DNA of 64,000 nucleotides from Elusimicrobiota bacterium (GTDB lineage Bacteria; Elusimicrobiota; Elusimicrobia; JACQPE01): NCBI GenBank assembly GCA_016180815.1, contig JACPAN010000013.1, positions 54,939 to 118,938 of the forward strand, read 5' to 3'. Shown piece by piece: positions 44,996 to 53,470 of this stretch (position 1 is its first letter; each line of letters starts with the position of its first letter). The notes under the pieces were generated by a model. It saw only the letters and a program-made list of their open reading frames with translations, ran no database searches and was not told where the DNA came from. The position numbers and the translations under genes were made by a program.

Positions 44996-45544
44996 ATGGA
45001 CAAATTGGCGCTGATTTTTATTGGAATCGCCGTATCTTTGCCATTGAGCTGCCGTGCGGCTAACGCTGATGCTTGGCATGAACGCTCGGGTCTAGATGGT
45101 CCGCATGATGACGCCGCCCGCGCCAACGCTATTTTTGACGGCGGCCACAGTGACAATCGCGTCCTTCCATCGGGGATCAGTCCAGCTTTGACCTTAGCGG
45201 AGGCGCCGGACGCGCCAGATTCCGATGATGCCTCAACCGGAAAAGTCAAAGAGAATAAATTACCCCCGAGGCCTCCTCGCAGCGCAGCTATGGAAAAATT
45301 TCGCAAAAAATTGGGGTCCAATTTGAAAACATTGGGCATCGCTACCGGTATAACGCTCGGTTTTTCACTTTTACCCGTCGGAATCGTTGCTTCGGGTCTT
45401 GTGGCAGGGGCGTCCTTGGCTACGGCCGTCTGGCCCATTGCAGTATTTTTCGCCATCGTCCTTGTTGTGCAGGCCGCCATGACCGCCCTGTTCATTATCA
45501 ACGATTACAAAGAAGCCAGAAAGGAGATCAAAAATGGCCGATAG
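44996..45544 (+). CDS. hypothetical membrane protein (signal plus C-terminal TM pair)
   Basis: Signal-like start; HDDAARANAIFDGG motif; two C-terminal hydrophobic helices. Confidence 0.55.
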   Translation: MDKLALIFIGIAVSLPLSCRAANADAWHERSGLDGPHDDAARANAIFDGGHSDNRVLPSGISPALTLAEAPDAPDSDDASTGKVKENKLPPRPPRSAAMEKFRKKLGSNLKTLGIATGITLGFSLLPVGIVASGLVAGASLATAVWPIAVFFAIVLVVQAAMTALFIINDYKEARKEIKNGR

Positions 45545-46049
45545 AACGCGAATCTCGATTGCGACAACATTCATCGCGTTTTTTATTTTAGCGGCATTAT
45601 CCGATCGTTCGCACGCCGGCCAAGCGGAGGCAATGGCCGGACAGGCAAGGTCTTATTTTGATGAATCGGCGGCGAGTCCAGCCGCAACGGATGCTCCCGT
45701 GCGGCTTGGTCGTTTAGATGCCCAATCAGGGGATGAACAAAAATTAAAAGCAGACAAAATAAAATCGGAAAAAACGCCCAAAAATCCTGCGATGCAAGAT
45801 TTCCGCCGCCAGTTCGTGTCCAGGCTTAAAACCATGGGTTTGGTCATGACCGGCGCGGCCGGACTGGGCATTGTCGCCAGTGCAATGGCCGGATCATTCC
45901 TGGCGTTTCCCATCATCATGGTCATGGGCCTTGCGGCTATCCTGCTGACGTTCGGTCCGGTTATCCTGATTGATTATTTAAACGCCAAGTCGTCAAAAAA
46001 GCAGCCTCTAATTGCCGATACAACCGAAACTGGAGAAAAAAAGTTATGA
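45534..46049 (+). CDS. hypothetical membrane protein (same architecture as 44996..45544)
   Basis: AGGAG RBS; signal-like start; C-terminal TM pair; overlaps upstream gene by 11 nt. Confidence 0.55.
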   Translation: MADRTRISIATTFIAFFILAALSDRSHAGQAEAMAGQARSYFDESAASPAATDAPVRLGRLDAQSGDEQKLKADKIKSEKTPKNPAMQDFRRQFVSRLKTMGLVMTGAAGLGIVASAMAGSFLAFPIIMVMGLAAILLTFGPVILIDYLNAKSSKKQPLIADTTETGEKKL

Positions 46050-46639
46050 CGAAAACTCTTATTGCTTGCCTGTTGACTTCGTTGGTATCGACGCGCGCCT
46101 GTTTCGCTCTTGAGCGACGTATTGAGATTGACGATTGGAGAGTCCTCTCCAGTGCCATGGACGCCCGGCATTTGAAGGCGAAGGAACCTGCCTCGACGCC
46201 TGTGAGGATATCCGCTTGGTCGCCATCGAGCCCAAGCTATCGATCCGGGGAATTCAAACCTGACCAATCAAGGAAAAAAGCGCCGCTCTGGCAACGAGTA
46301 ACCGAACCCGTAGGCGGCGGGCTCGCAGCCGGGCTCAGCGTCGGCCTGTTTACGCACTACGTCATTCGTCATCCTCATGTTTCTATGGCGCCAATCGCCG
46401 GAGCCGCGGGCGGGATGGTCGGATTTTGCGCAGCAGCTATTCATGGCGAATATAGAAACCGAATTCATCCGGCACTCAGCTTTGCTGTTGCGGTCGCGGC
46501 TCCAACGATGAGCGCCGGGCTTCTTGTCGCACTGCGGGGCATGCCCGAACTAATTCCATTAACAGGCATTGTCGCCGGCAGCGCAGCGCTTATCGGCGCC
46601 GGCGCCGTTGAAATCACCAGGCGCTTAACAAATCAATAA
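46046..46639 (+). CDS. hypothetical membrane protein
   Basis: GGAG RBS; signal-like start; Gly/Ala-rich C-terminal hydrophobic half. Confidence 0.5.
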   Translation: MTKTLIACLLTSLVSTRACFALERRIEIDDWRVLSSAMDARHLKAKEPASTPVRISAWSPSSPSYRSGEFKPDQSRKKAPLWQRVTEPVGGGLAAGLSVGLFTHYVIRHPHVSMAPIAGAAGGMVGFCAAAIHGEYRNRIHPALSFAVAVAAPTMSAGLLVALRGMPELIPLTGIVAGSAALIGAGAVEITRRLTNQ

Positions 46640-46667
46640 AAGAAAAATAAAAAAGGAGAGCCTGCCA

Positions 46668-47204
46668 ATGAAAAAACTGATCAGCATATCTGCGGCGTTC
46701 GCTTTTCTACTGCTGCCGGCGTCAAACATAAAAGCTGAGGTTGGGCTCAACGACGCAGCCATTCCCATTCAGCTCTATGACGGCAACCGATGGAGAACCA
46801 GCAGAACATACAGCTTTAAAAATAACGAACTTCTTTTTTTCTCATCAAAAAAACCCGGGGCTCCGCATCCATCGCTGGCGGGAAAAATTTCAGGGTCCTG
46901 GCGCTACGCGGGGAAAAAACCGCTCTCGACACCTGTGGAAATCGTTGCCGTGTCTGTCGGCTTCGGGGATTACGAGAAGGAGGCTGAACTATGGCCCGTG
47001 CGCGACGCTAAAACCAATCGCCTGGCGCCATCCGTAAGAATTCCTCGAGGACGGCCGTTGCGCGCCGGCTACAAAACCGCCGCCCTGGTCGCGTCGGAGA
47101 GGCTCCCGGCATCGCTTGATATTTACCCAATGTTGGCTGTGCGGCTAGGCAGACTTGTCGGCAAAATTGTTTTACCGGCAACCAGGCTCATCACCCGCCG
47201 TTGA
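46668..47204 (+). CDS. small secreted protein, paralogue family member 1
   Basis: AAGGAGAG RBS; signal peptide; shared C-terminal motif VRLGRLVGKIVLPATRLI with the next two genes. Confidence 0.6.
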   Translation: MKKLISISAAFAFLLLPASNIKAEVGLNDAAIPIQLYDGNRWRTSRTYSFKNNELLFFSSKKPGAPHPSLAGKISGSWRYAGKKPLSTPVEIVAVSVGFGDYEKEAELWPVRDAKTNRLAPSVRIPRGRPLRAGYKTAALVASERLPASLDIYPMLAVRLGRLVGKIVLPATRLITRR

Positions 47205-47231
47205 TCAAAAAACAACGGTGATAAAAAATTC

Positions 47232-47810
47232 ATGAGACACAGAACAATCGTTGTTGCCATTGCGTTGTCGGTTGTTTTGGCGGCCGGGAATGCCGTGGCG
47301 GGATCTTCGGCCCATGATGCCGGCCGGGCTGGGGCACGTTTTGACGGCTCGCGCATTGTCCGTTCCAGAAAAAAAGTGCCGGTTTTGCGTTTCGGCGCGC
47401 AAGAGGGAACGGCCTTAATCCAAATCGGCAGGCAGCCCGCCAATTGGCCCGCCGGCAAAATCTACGTCAGCGCGGGCGTTATGGGAGAATTTGCCAACCA
47501 CGGCAAAACCACCCTAAAATCCATCCAATTCCTGGGCCATGAAGTCAAATTGGATAGGCGCGTATGGAAATTTAGAGAGGGCTTCGAGCTTACCGGCCCG
47601 CAAGGCATTCTTAATTATCCCAAAACGTTCGCATTGAGGCCGGGCGAGTCGCGCGCGGTGACCCCGGTGGCCTTCACGACCCTAAGCAACAGACTGATGA
47701 AAGCCCTGGAAGCTTCCGAGGAAGTTCGCATCACCATGGTCGCCCGCGTTGGCAGACAGATCATCAAGTGGGCCCTGCCCATCGCCCGCGTAATACCACC
47801 GCGAAGGTAA
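47232..47810 (+). CDS. small secreted protein, paralogue family member 2
   Basis: Signal peptide; GRAGARFDGSRI N-terminal motif; C-terminal ARVGRQIIKWALPIARVI. Confidence 0.55.
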   Translation: MRHRTIVVAIALSVVLAAGNAVAGSSAHDAGRAGARFDGSRIVRSRKKVPVLRFGAQEGTALIQIGRQPANWPAGKIYVSAGVMGEFANHGKTTLKSIQFLGHEVKLDRRVWKFREGFELTGPQGILNYPKTFALRPGESRAVTPVAFTTLSNRLMKALEASEEVRITMVARVGRQIIKWALPIARVIPPRR

Positions 47811-47827
47811 CATTAAGGAGGACTAAA

Positions 47828-48430
47828 ATGCGTCAGAACTCTACTCTACAACGATCAATGAAACTCATCCGCACAACAGCCGCCGCGCTCTTGATGCTGG
47901 GCGCCATCTCGCCGAATGCCATGAGCACCTCGGTCAAAGAAGTTCCTTTCGGTGAGCTTGAAATTTTTGACGGAGCCAGGTGGAAAAAGGCCGAGGGGTT
48001 TAAGTTTGCACTCCGGGAGCCCTTGAGTGTTGTGAATAATCGCTTCCCGGCGGTGATGACGGCTAATGACGGCCTCCGCCTTTACGCCGATTTCGGCGGC
48101 GCTTGGCACTACAACGGTAAAAGAGCGGTTTCTCCAACCATTAAGGTGATGGGCTTGTGCGTGCGTTTTGAGTGTGTTGCCGACCGCGGCCTTCTTAAGC
48201 CTTGGAAAGTCACCAATGTGATGGACACCCCTCCTGCTGAACCGGTTGGGCCGTTTCGATTGTCCCGAGGAAGCAGTCGTGGCATTCATTATCGGGCCAT
48301 GCCCACCGTAAGCTTCACCATGGCCGGGATGCGCGAGGGCACCAGAATCTTCGGTACTCTGTTGGTTCAAGTCGGCCGCAGGCTAGGGAAAATCGTTTTT
48401 CCGGCGGCCCGCCTGGCCGTCGTCCATTAG
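47828..48430 (+). CDS. small secreted protein, paralogue family member 3
   Basis: AAGGAGG RBS before ATG 47828; signal peptide; C-terminal QVGRRLGKIVFPAARLAV. Confidence 0.6.
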   Translation: MRQNSTLQRSMKLIRTTAAALLMLGAISPNAMSTSVKEVPFGELEIFDGARWKKAEGFKFALREPLSVVNNRFPAVMTANDGLRLYADFGGAWHYNGKRAVSPTIKVMGLCVRFECVADRGLLKPWKVTNVMDTPPAEPVGPFRLSRGSSRGIHYRAMPTVSFTMAGMREGTRIFGTLLVQVGRRLGKIVFPAARLAVVH

Positions 48431-48440
48431 TTGATTCGCG

Positions 48441-48560
48441 AGTTAACCAATAATTAACTAAAACCGGCCTTTAGCTCAATATCAGGTAGCCGGGCCTTTG
48501 GGCCCGATCTTTTTAGTCTTTGGATTCAGGACGCCTGCCTGCCACCCTGTTACCCTCATG
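48441..48560 (+). repeat. ~120-bp intergenic direct repeat, copy A
   Basis: agttaaccaataattaactaaaaccggcctttagctcaatatcaggtagccgggcctttgggcccgatctttttagtctttgg...ccctgttaccctcatga; about 90% identical to copy B by eye. Confidence 0.75.
48491..48515 (+). terminator. intrinsic-terminator-like hairpin inside direct repeat copy A
   Basis: cgggcc-tttg-ggcccg stem-loop followed by atcttttta. Confidence 0.35.
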
Positions 48561-48596
48561 ATTATGAACGAAAGCTTAAAATCGGGAAGCCAGGAA

Positions 48597-49340
48597 ATGA
48601 ACAAGGCAACAACGCCGCAGCCTGCGATGCGGGGCCTGCGCATGACAACTCTCCTCATAGCGTTCGCTGCGGTGCAGATGCGGATGACGGCGCCGGCAGC
48701 GGCATACTTCGGCCCGGTCCTAAAAGAGGAATCTGAAGTTTACAATTTCAATCCAGACGATCCCCCAATGAGCGTGACTTGGTACCGCAATCCAAGCGAA
48801 GAAGTGATGAGGATTTTTGGCCGGCTCTTTGAGATTTTACCGCGATTCCACCCGTCTGTAATGCCCGTTATCTTGGAATACAAGACGGAAATAGATGTTG
48901 CTCCCGCCTATGTAGTAAAGACAAAAGAGCTTTATCTTTATGGTCTTGGCCCCGGCAGCGGCGTTATTGTCATTACCTACGAATTGCTGGAACTTGTTCG
49001 CAACGAGCATGAGTTGGCCCTCATTATTGCCCACGAACTAGCTCATGTTCAATTGGAACACGTTAAAAAAGTCACAAGCAAAAGCCGGCGGCTGTACGAG
49101 CGGGAAGCTGATATCGTTGGAGCCCTCTACATGCAGGAAGCAGGTTTTAATTGCAAGGAGGCCGAGGGAGTATTCAGACATTCTTTTGAAGTTGACTGGG
49201 CCCGCGCTACAACCCTTTTTATGCCCCCTGAAGAAGAGACCCGAGACTGGGTAGCGAGACTCCATGAGATTAGATACGAGGAGGGCAACCGTGATGCCTA
49301 TCCAGAAAGGCTCAATGTATTGCGCAAGGTTTGCAAATGA
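48597..49340 (+). CDS. secreted HExxH zincin-like protein (M48-like or DUF4157-like), paralogue A
   Basis: Signal-like N-terminus; RNEHELALIIAHELAHVQLEH followed by READIVGALYMQEAGFNCKE; roughly 50% identical over the core to 52752..53468. Confidence 0.55.
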   Translation: MNKATTPQPAMRGLRMTTLLIAFAAVQMRMTAPAAAYFGPVLKEESEVYNFNPDDPPMSVTWYRNPSEEVMRIFGRLFEILPRFHPSVMPVILEYKTEIDVAPAYVVKTKELYLYGLGPGSGVIVITYELLELVRNEHELALIIAHELAHVQLEHVKKVTSKSRRLYEREADIVGALYMQEAGFNCKEAEGVFRHSFEVDWARATTLFMPPEEETRDWVARLHEIRYEEGNRDAYPERLNVLRKVCK

Positions 49341-49371
49341 CGCGGCAAGGGAACGGTCGGTCAGCGTTGCG

Positions 49372-49824
49372 ATGATCAAAAAAGCGATTTTGTGTCTGGC
49401 CGTCCTTTTTTGCCTGAGCATGACTTTCGGGCAACAATGGGCTTTAGCTGATACCGACCACCTCTATAACGACTCGCGCCGGATTTTTGACGGCGGGCAG
49501 CAAGGAGAAGGGGGCGGTGGGACGCTCGGGTTGCCGGGGTCCATGCCGGTGGCAGCGAAAACGACGGAAACGGCCCCTACGCCGTCCCCGGGAAAAACCC
49601 CAGACAAAAAAGTCCTTAAAGCCAAAAAATCGCCGGCTCGCTTTGTTCGCGCCGCGGCAACCGCGACGTTGGTTACCGGGGTCGCCGGGTTTTTCTTGGG
49701 GGTCGCCCTAGCCGTTATGGTGGCCCTGTTCCCTTACCTCTGGATCGCCCTCGCTGGTTTTGCGTTGACTGTTTTGGGTTACAACCTCTCAAAACTCGGC
49801 AAATCCTTGGGCAAGAAAACCTAA
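49372..49824 (+). CDS. hypothetical membrane protein (signal plus C-terminal TM pair)
   Basis: Signal-like MIKKAILCLAVLFCLSMTFG; RRIFDGG motif; C-terminal hydrophobic pair. Confidence 0.5.
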   Translation: MIKKAILCLAVLFCLSMTFGQQWALADTDHLYNDSRRIFDGGQQGEGGGGTLGLPGSMPVAAKTTETAPTPSPGKTPDKKVLKAKKSPARFVRAAATATLVTGVAGFFLGVALAVMVALFPYLWIALAGFALTVLGYNLSKLGKSLGKKT

Positions 49825-49875
49825 CAAAGCGCCTCCGGTAAACCCATTCCAGCCCTACTGGAATTATATACATTT

Positions 49876-49898
49876 TCATGTCATAATATATGACATGA
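49876..49898. promoter_or_regulatory. candidate operator: 9-bp inverted repeat overlapping the start codon of the HTH gene
   Basis: tcatgtcat-aatat-atgacatga; the ATG at 49895 lies in the right arm; AT-rich -10-like cataat within. Confidence 0.4.
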
Positions 49899-50440
49899 AG
49901 TATCTTATTGAGGTGGCCCAGGACAGCAAAGGCCGGCTCTACCTCAAAAGAGCGACGACCGCGGGCAAGCCCGCCTACAAACGAATCTGCACCTCTCAAG
50001 ACGCTTCGCGCAAACTGCAGCGATCAAGACGGCAAATTTACCGTCTTCTTGAGACGCAGGTCATTAAAACACACGGAAAATTTCTGGGTGAATGGCTTTT
50101 AGATTTAGAAGGTGTCGAAAAATTGGCGGGTTTGCCCAAATCTTTAAAAAAACCGCCCAAGAAATTTCAAGTCCTGTTTCCAGAATATCCCATCAACCAA
50201 ATTAACCCTTACCGTGACGTTAGGCTCATGCTCTCCCGCATCCTTGACCAAGGCACTCGCCAAGAGATGAAATGGGTACTGCGGCGATACCCGATTAGCG
50301 CCATCCGCGATTTCTTGAAACAGGACGGCTCACGGGTTCTTTCGGCTAAATCGTTGCGCCTTTGGAGTCTTTGTTTTGACGTGAAACCATCCTTGCCGCC
50401 AAAATGGCGCCTATCCGGACGCGCTTGGGGGGGAGCGTAA
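49895..50440 (+). CDS. putative HTH DNA-binding protein, candidate antitoxin partner of the downstream AbiEii-like gene
   Basis: Sits 6 nt upstream of the toxin-like gene; SRRQIYRLLE resembles an HTH recognition helix; start codon lies inside a 9-bp inverted repeat. Family assignment tentative. Confidence 0.45.
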   Translation: MKYLIEVAQDSKGRLYLKRATTAGKPAYKRICTSQDASRKLQRSRRQIYRLLETQVIKTHGKFLGEWLLDLEGVEKLAGLPKSLKKPPKKFQVLFPEYPINQINPYRDVRLMLSRILDQGTRQEMKWVLRRYPISAIRDFLKQDGSRVLSAKSLRLWSLCFDVKPSLPPKWRLSGRAWGGA

Positions 50441-50446
50441 ACCTTT

Positions 50447-51100
50447 ATGCCCTGGCATCCCCAAGCCATGACAAATGATTGCCGGCAAACTGCGCGCCTG
50501 CTTTTGACGCTGCCCCAATTAAAAAAATTTTATTTGGCCGGAGGCACGGCGCTGGCGCTTCAGTTTGGGCATCGGGTCTCCATGGATTTGGACTTTTTCT
50601 CCCCGGATTACCCGCTTGACCCTAGTCATTTGGAGGCTTTAAAAACGGGGCTTCGTAAGATAGGACGCTTCGCCATTCGCAAAGAAGAAGAAGGTACCCT
50701 GCACGTTGTTATTTTGGAAACGGCCGTCAGTTTTTTGCGCTACCCCTACCCTGCGCTGAAACCTCTTCTATCCTGGGAAGGCTTAGCGGTCGCTTCCTAC
50801 GAGGATATCGCATTGATGAAAATCGGCGCCATTATCGGGCGGGGAGCCAAAAAAGATTTTATCGATCTTTACACAATCAGTCAGAAAATCCCGTTAACGG
50901 ATCTATTGAAACTGTCCGAGCAAAAATTCAAGCATTCGGCCGACTTTTATCTGCAAGCGGCCAAGGCCCTTGTTTACTTTGACGACGCGGAATCAGACCC
51001 AAGCCCCAGGTTGCTTAAGCCCGCGCGTTGGCCCCAAATCAAAAAATACTTCGAGCAAGAAGTCCCCAAGGCCGTAAAAGTCATCCTCAAGTCTAGTTAA
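50447..51100 (+). CDS. AbiEii/DUF1814-like nucleotidyltransferase (type IV toxin-antitoxin toxin family)
   Basis: N-terminal LAGGTALALQFGHRVSMDLDFF matches the remembered AbiEii/DUF1814 signature (GGTAL...R-S-DLDF). Confidence 0.6.
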   Translation: MPWHPQAMTNDCRQTARLLLTLPQLKKFYLAGGTALALQFGHRVSMDLDFFSPDYPLDPSHLEALKTGLRKIGRFAIRKEEEGTLHVVILETAVSFLRYPYPALKPLLSWEGLAVASYEDIALMKIGAIIGRGAKKDFIDLYTISQKIPLTDLLKLSEQKFKHSADFYLQAAKALVYFDDAESDPSPRLLKPARWPQIKKYFEQEVPKAVKVILKSS

Positions 51101-51214
51101 CCAACAGTTAACTAAAACCGACCTTTAGCTCAATATCAGGTAGTCGGGCCTTTGGGCCCGATCTTTTTAGTCTTTGGTTTCAGGATATCCGCCGCCGCCC
51201 CTGTTACCCTCATG
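51095..51214 (+). repeat. ~120-bp intergenic direct repeat, copy B
   Basis: agttaaccaacagttaactaaaaccgacctttagctcaatatcaggtagtcgggcctttgggcccgatctttttagtctttgg...ccctgttaccctcatga. Confidence 0.75.
51145..51168 (+). terminator. intrinsic-terminator-like hairpin inside direct repeat copy B
   Basis: cgggcc-tttg-ggcccg stem-loop followed by atcttttt. Confidence 0.35.
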
Positions 51215-51243
51215 ACAGCGAACCCAAAGAGGAGGGTGAAAAG

Positions 51244-51825
51244 ATGAAAAAAACGAAAATGATTGCGACAAATGCCGCAGCGCTGGTCTTTGCGTGGGCC
51301 ATGGGCCTGCAAGCAGGGAGCGAGCCTCATCCCATTTGCGAAATCCCCGCAAGCAAGGTTTCTTCCGTGGCCGCATCAGACTCCAAGGAAGAAGTGATCA
51401 AGGCGCTTGGAAAAGTCGTCAAAACATGGGATGGCAAGATTGGAAAACCGACGAAGAAAACACATGCCGTCAAGACCAAACCCATTGAACCTAAAAAAGA
51501 TGATTGCGCTGAAAAAAGAACCGCTCCTAAGGTACGCGCCTTGAAGTGGAGAATCAGCGACATTGAATACGATATCGCCGATGCGGAAAGCAGTTTGTCC
51601 AGAGCGAGGAGTTATTTTGAGGGCAAAAAAATTGAATACCGGGTCCGATGTGTTGGCAAGGACCCCGGGATGATCAACATTTCCATGTGCCGCTACCTTG
51701 CCGATGCGGAATTCAGGGGCTTTCAAGAAGTTCTTGATGCGGAAGATCGCTTGAGCAGCCTCAAGAGCGAAGAACTTATTGCCACCCTACGGCTCGATCG
51801 CCTGCTTGGCGCGTGCAAGGAATAG
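51244..51825 (+). CDS. hypothetical secreted protein
   Basis: GAGGAGGG RBS; signal-like MKKTKMIATNAAALVFAWAMG; lies immediately after direct-repeat copy B. Confidence 0.55.
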   Translation: MKKTKMIATNAAALVFAWAMGLQAGSEPHPICEIPASKVSSVAASDSKEEVIKALGKVVKTWDGKIGKPTKKTHAVKTKPIEPKKDDCAEKRTAPKVRALKWRISDIEYDIADAESSLSRARSYFEGKKIEYRVRCVGKDPGMINISMCRYLADAEFRGFQEVLDAEDRLSSLKSEELIATLRLDRLLGACKE

Positions 51826-51835
51826 GGGGGATACG

Positions 51836-52738
51836 ATGTACACCAACAAACACATAAAGGCAAATAAAATGAGCCAAATAAATAAAACGATGTTTAAAAT
51901 AGCCGCGGCCGCATGTTTTTGGACAGCGGCTAATCTAGCCCCGGTTGTGGCCTTGCAAGGAGATGAATCTTTAGCCCCGGACCTTGTGCTCGGCAATTTC
52001 AAGACGGCAATAGCGGCGGATCATCATATCATGGTCGGCAAGCCGACTCCTGCCGAACTAAGGCGTAAAGTTAAAGAGGCGCGGCTTTCGTATTTGACGA
52101 GATACGCCATGAATCCATTGTGGACGGTAGAGTGTGAAAATGTCGCCGGCACTATTGACCCCTTGTTCTGCAAAATCAAACCGCCGGCTTGGACGGAGGC
52201 TTTGCGAGAAACGGCCGCGCTTGTGCTCGACAGCGATGTTTCCGATGAGGCTGTTTCCAATGCCATGGAGGATTTGGTTTACAACGGCATCGTGATGTCG
52301 CGGGATACGAGCAAAAATGAGAAAACCATCGCTCTTGTAACAGGCACGGCTATTGCCCGGGCGTCTCCTTTAATCGGCGAGAGAACGGTTGCGTTTCTTG
52401 GCGCGGTTGTCGATTACCATGAAGGCCGCAACGCTTCTTACGGTTTCAGCACTGGATATGAGGCCGCGTCGAAATCGTTCAATGCCATCAAACTGATGTA
52501 CTACTTAAAGTACCCCGATGATCCTGTGTATGGCTATTCTCTGGTCAAAATGTCTGTTTTAAATACGATGAAATATATCGTTGCGTCCCATCCATCACCC
52601 AGGATATACATGATGGCCAAGCGTTTTCTTGAGGAGGTTGACGTCCCATGGCGTTATGGTGACGTCAACATTGAAAAGCTTATTCAAGAACGAATTGCAA
52701 ACGGCCTGCCGTCGGTCTACACGATACCAACGGAATAA
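51836..52738 (+). CDS. hypothetical secreted protein
   Basis: GGGGGA RBS before ATG 51836; signal-like segment FKIAAAACFWTAANLAPVVA. Confidence 0.5.
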   Translation: MYTNKHIKANKMSQINKTMFKIAAAACFWTAANLAPVVALQGDESLAPDLVLGNFKTAIAADHHIMVGKPTPAELRRKVKEARLSYLTRYAMNPLWTVECENVAGTIDPLFCKIKPPAWTEALRETAALVLDSDVSDEAVSNAMEDLVYNGIVMSRDTSKNEKTIALVTGTAIARASPLIGERTVAFLGAVVDYHEGRNASYGFSTGYEAASKSFNAIKLMYYLKYPDDPVYGYSLVKMSVLNTMKYIVASHPSPRIYMMAKRFLEEVDVPWRYGDVNIEKLIQERIANGLPSVYTIPTE

Positions 52739-52751
52739 AAGGTATTTTCAA

Positions 52752-53468
52752 ATGAAAAAATTAACGCCCTCGAAAAGCATGCTTAAGACAATCGGGTTAA
52801 ACGCCGTTGCGTTTGCCGCCTTGGCTCAATCTGCTCTGGCCGGAGGGATTGCCGATCCCTACAGTTTCGACCCGTCCGATCCCCCGATGAGCGTGGCTTG
52901 GTACCATAATCCAAGCGAAGAAGTAATGCGAGTCTTCGGCCGGCTTTGGGAGGTTCTGGGACGATTCCATGCCCCCGTTATGCCCGCCTTTTTAGAGTAC
53001 AAGTACACGGCGGGCGAGGACTTCTCTTACGCTTACTCATTTAGCAAACCTTGGGAAAGGACAGACGACCGGCGCAAACCTGCCCTTGGCGCTATCGTGA
53101 TCACCAGGGAACTGATGGATAGCGTTCGCAACGAGCATGAGCTGGCTTGGCACATCGCCCACGAACTGGCCCATATTCAATTTAGGCACTCTGAAAAACT
53201 ATGGCGTGGGTCTATCGCCCCCACGCCAGACGTAGAAAAAGAAGCTGATACCTACGCCGTCATCTATATGCATGAGGCCGGTTTCAATTGCAAAGAAAGC
53301 GAAGGAGTATTCAGGCGTATGTTTGAAGGTTGGCTGCGAAAAGGTTCTGACTCAGAACGAGCGTGGCATGAATCAAGGGATAAAGCAAGGGCGGACATGT
53401 ACCATCCGCTGGAAGAAAGGCTCAATTTATACCGTTCGGTTTGTCGTTGGTTAAACGAGGGGGAATGA
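52752..53468 (+). CDS. secreted HExxH zincin-like protein, paralogue B of 48597..49340
   Basis: DPPMSVAWYHNPSEEVMRVFGRL...RNEHELAWHIAHELAHIQFRH...EADTYAVIYMHEAGFNCKE parallels paralogue A residue by residue. Confidence 0.55.
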   Translation: MKKLTPSKSMLKTIGLNAVAFAALAQSALAGGIADPYSFDPSDPPMSVAWYHNPSEEVMRVFGRLWEVLGRFHAPVMPAFLEYKYTAGEDFSYAYSFSKPWERTDDRRKPALGAIVITRELMDSVRNEHELAWHIAHELAHIQFRHSEKLWRGSIAPTPDVEKEADTYAVIYMHEAGFNCKESEGVFRRMFEGWLRKGSDSERAWHESRDKARADMYHPLEERLNLYRSVCRWLNEGE

Positions 53469-53470
53469 TC

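Noticed and set aside
48461-48500. tRNA-like fragment (tagctcaatatcaggtagc resembles a D-arm) inside the 120-bp direct repeat, suggesting an att site
   Set aside because: No acceptor stem, anticodon arm or T-arm could be reconstructed, and no integrase is nearby. Treated as part of an uncharacterised repeat, possibly terminator-bearing.
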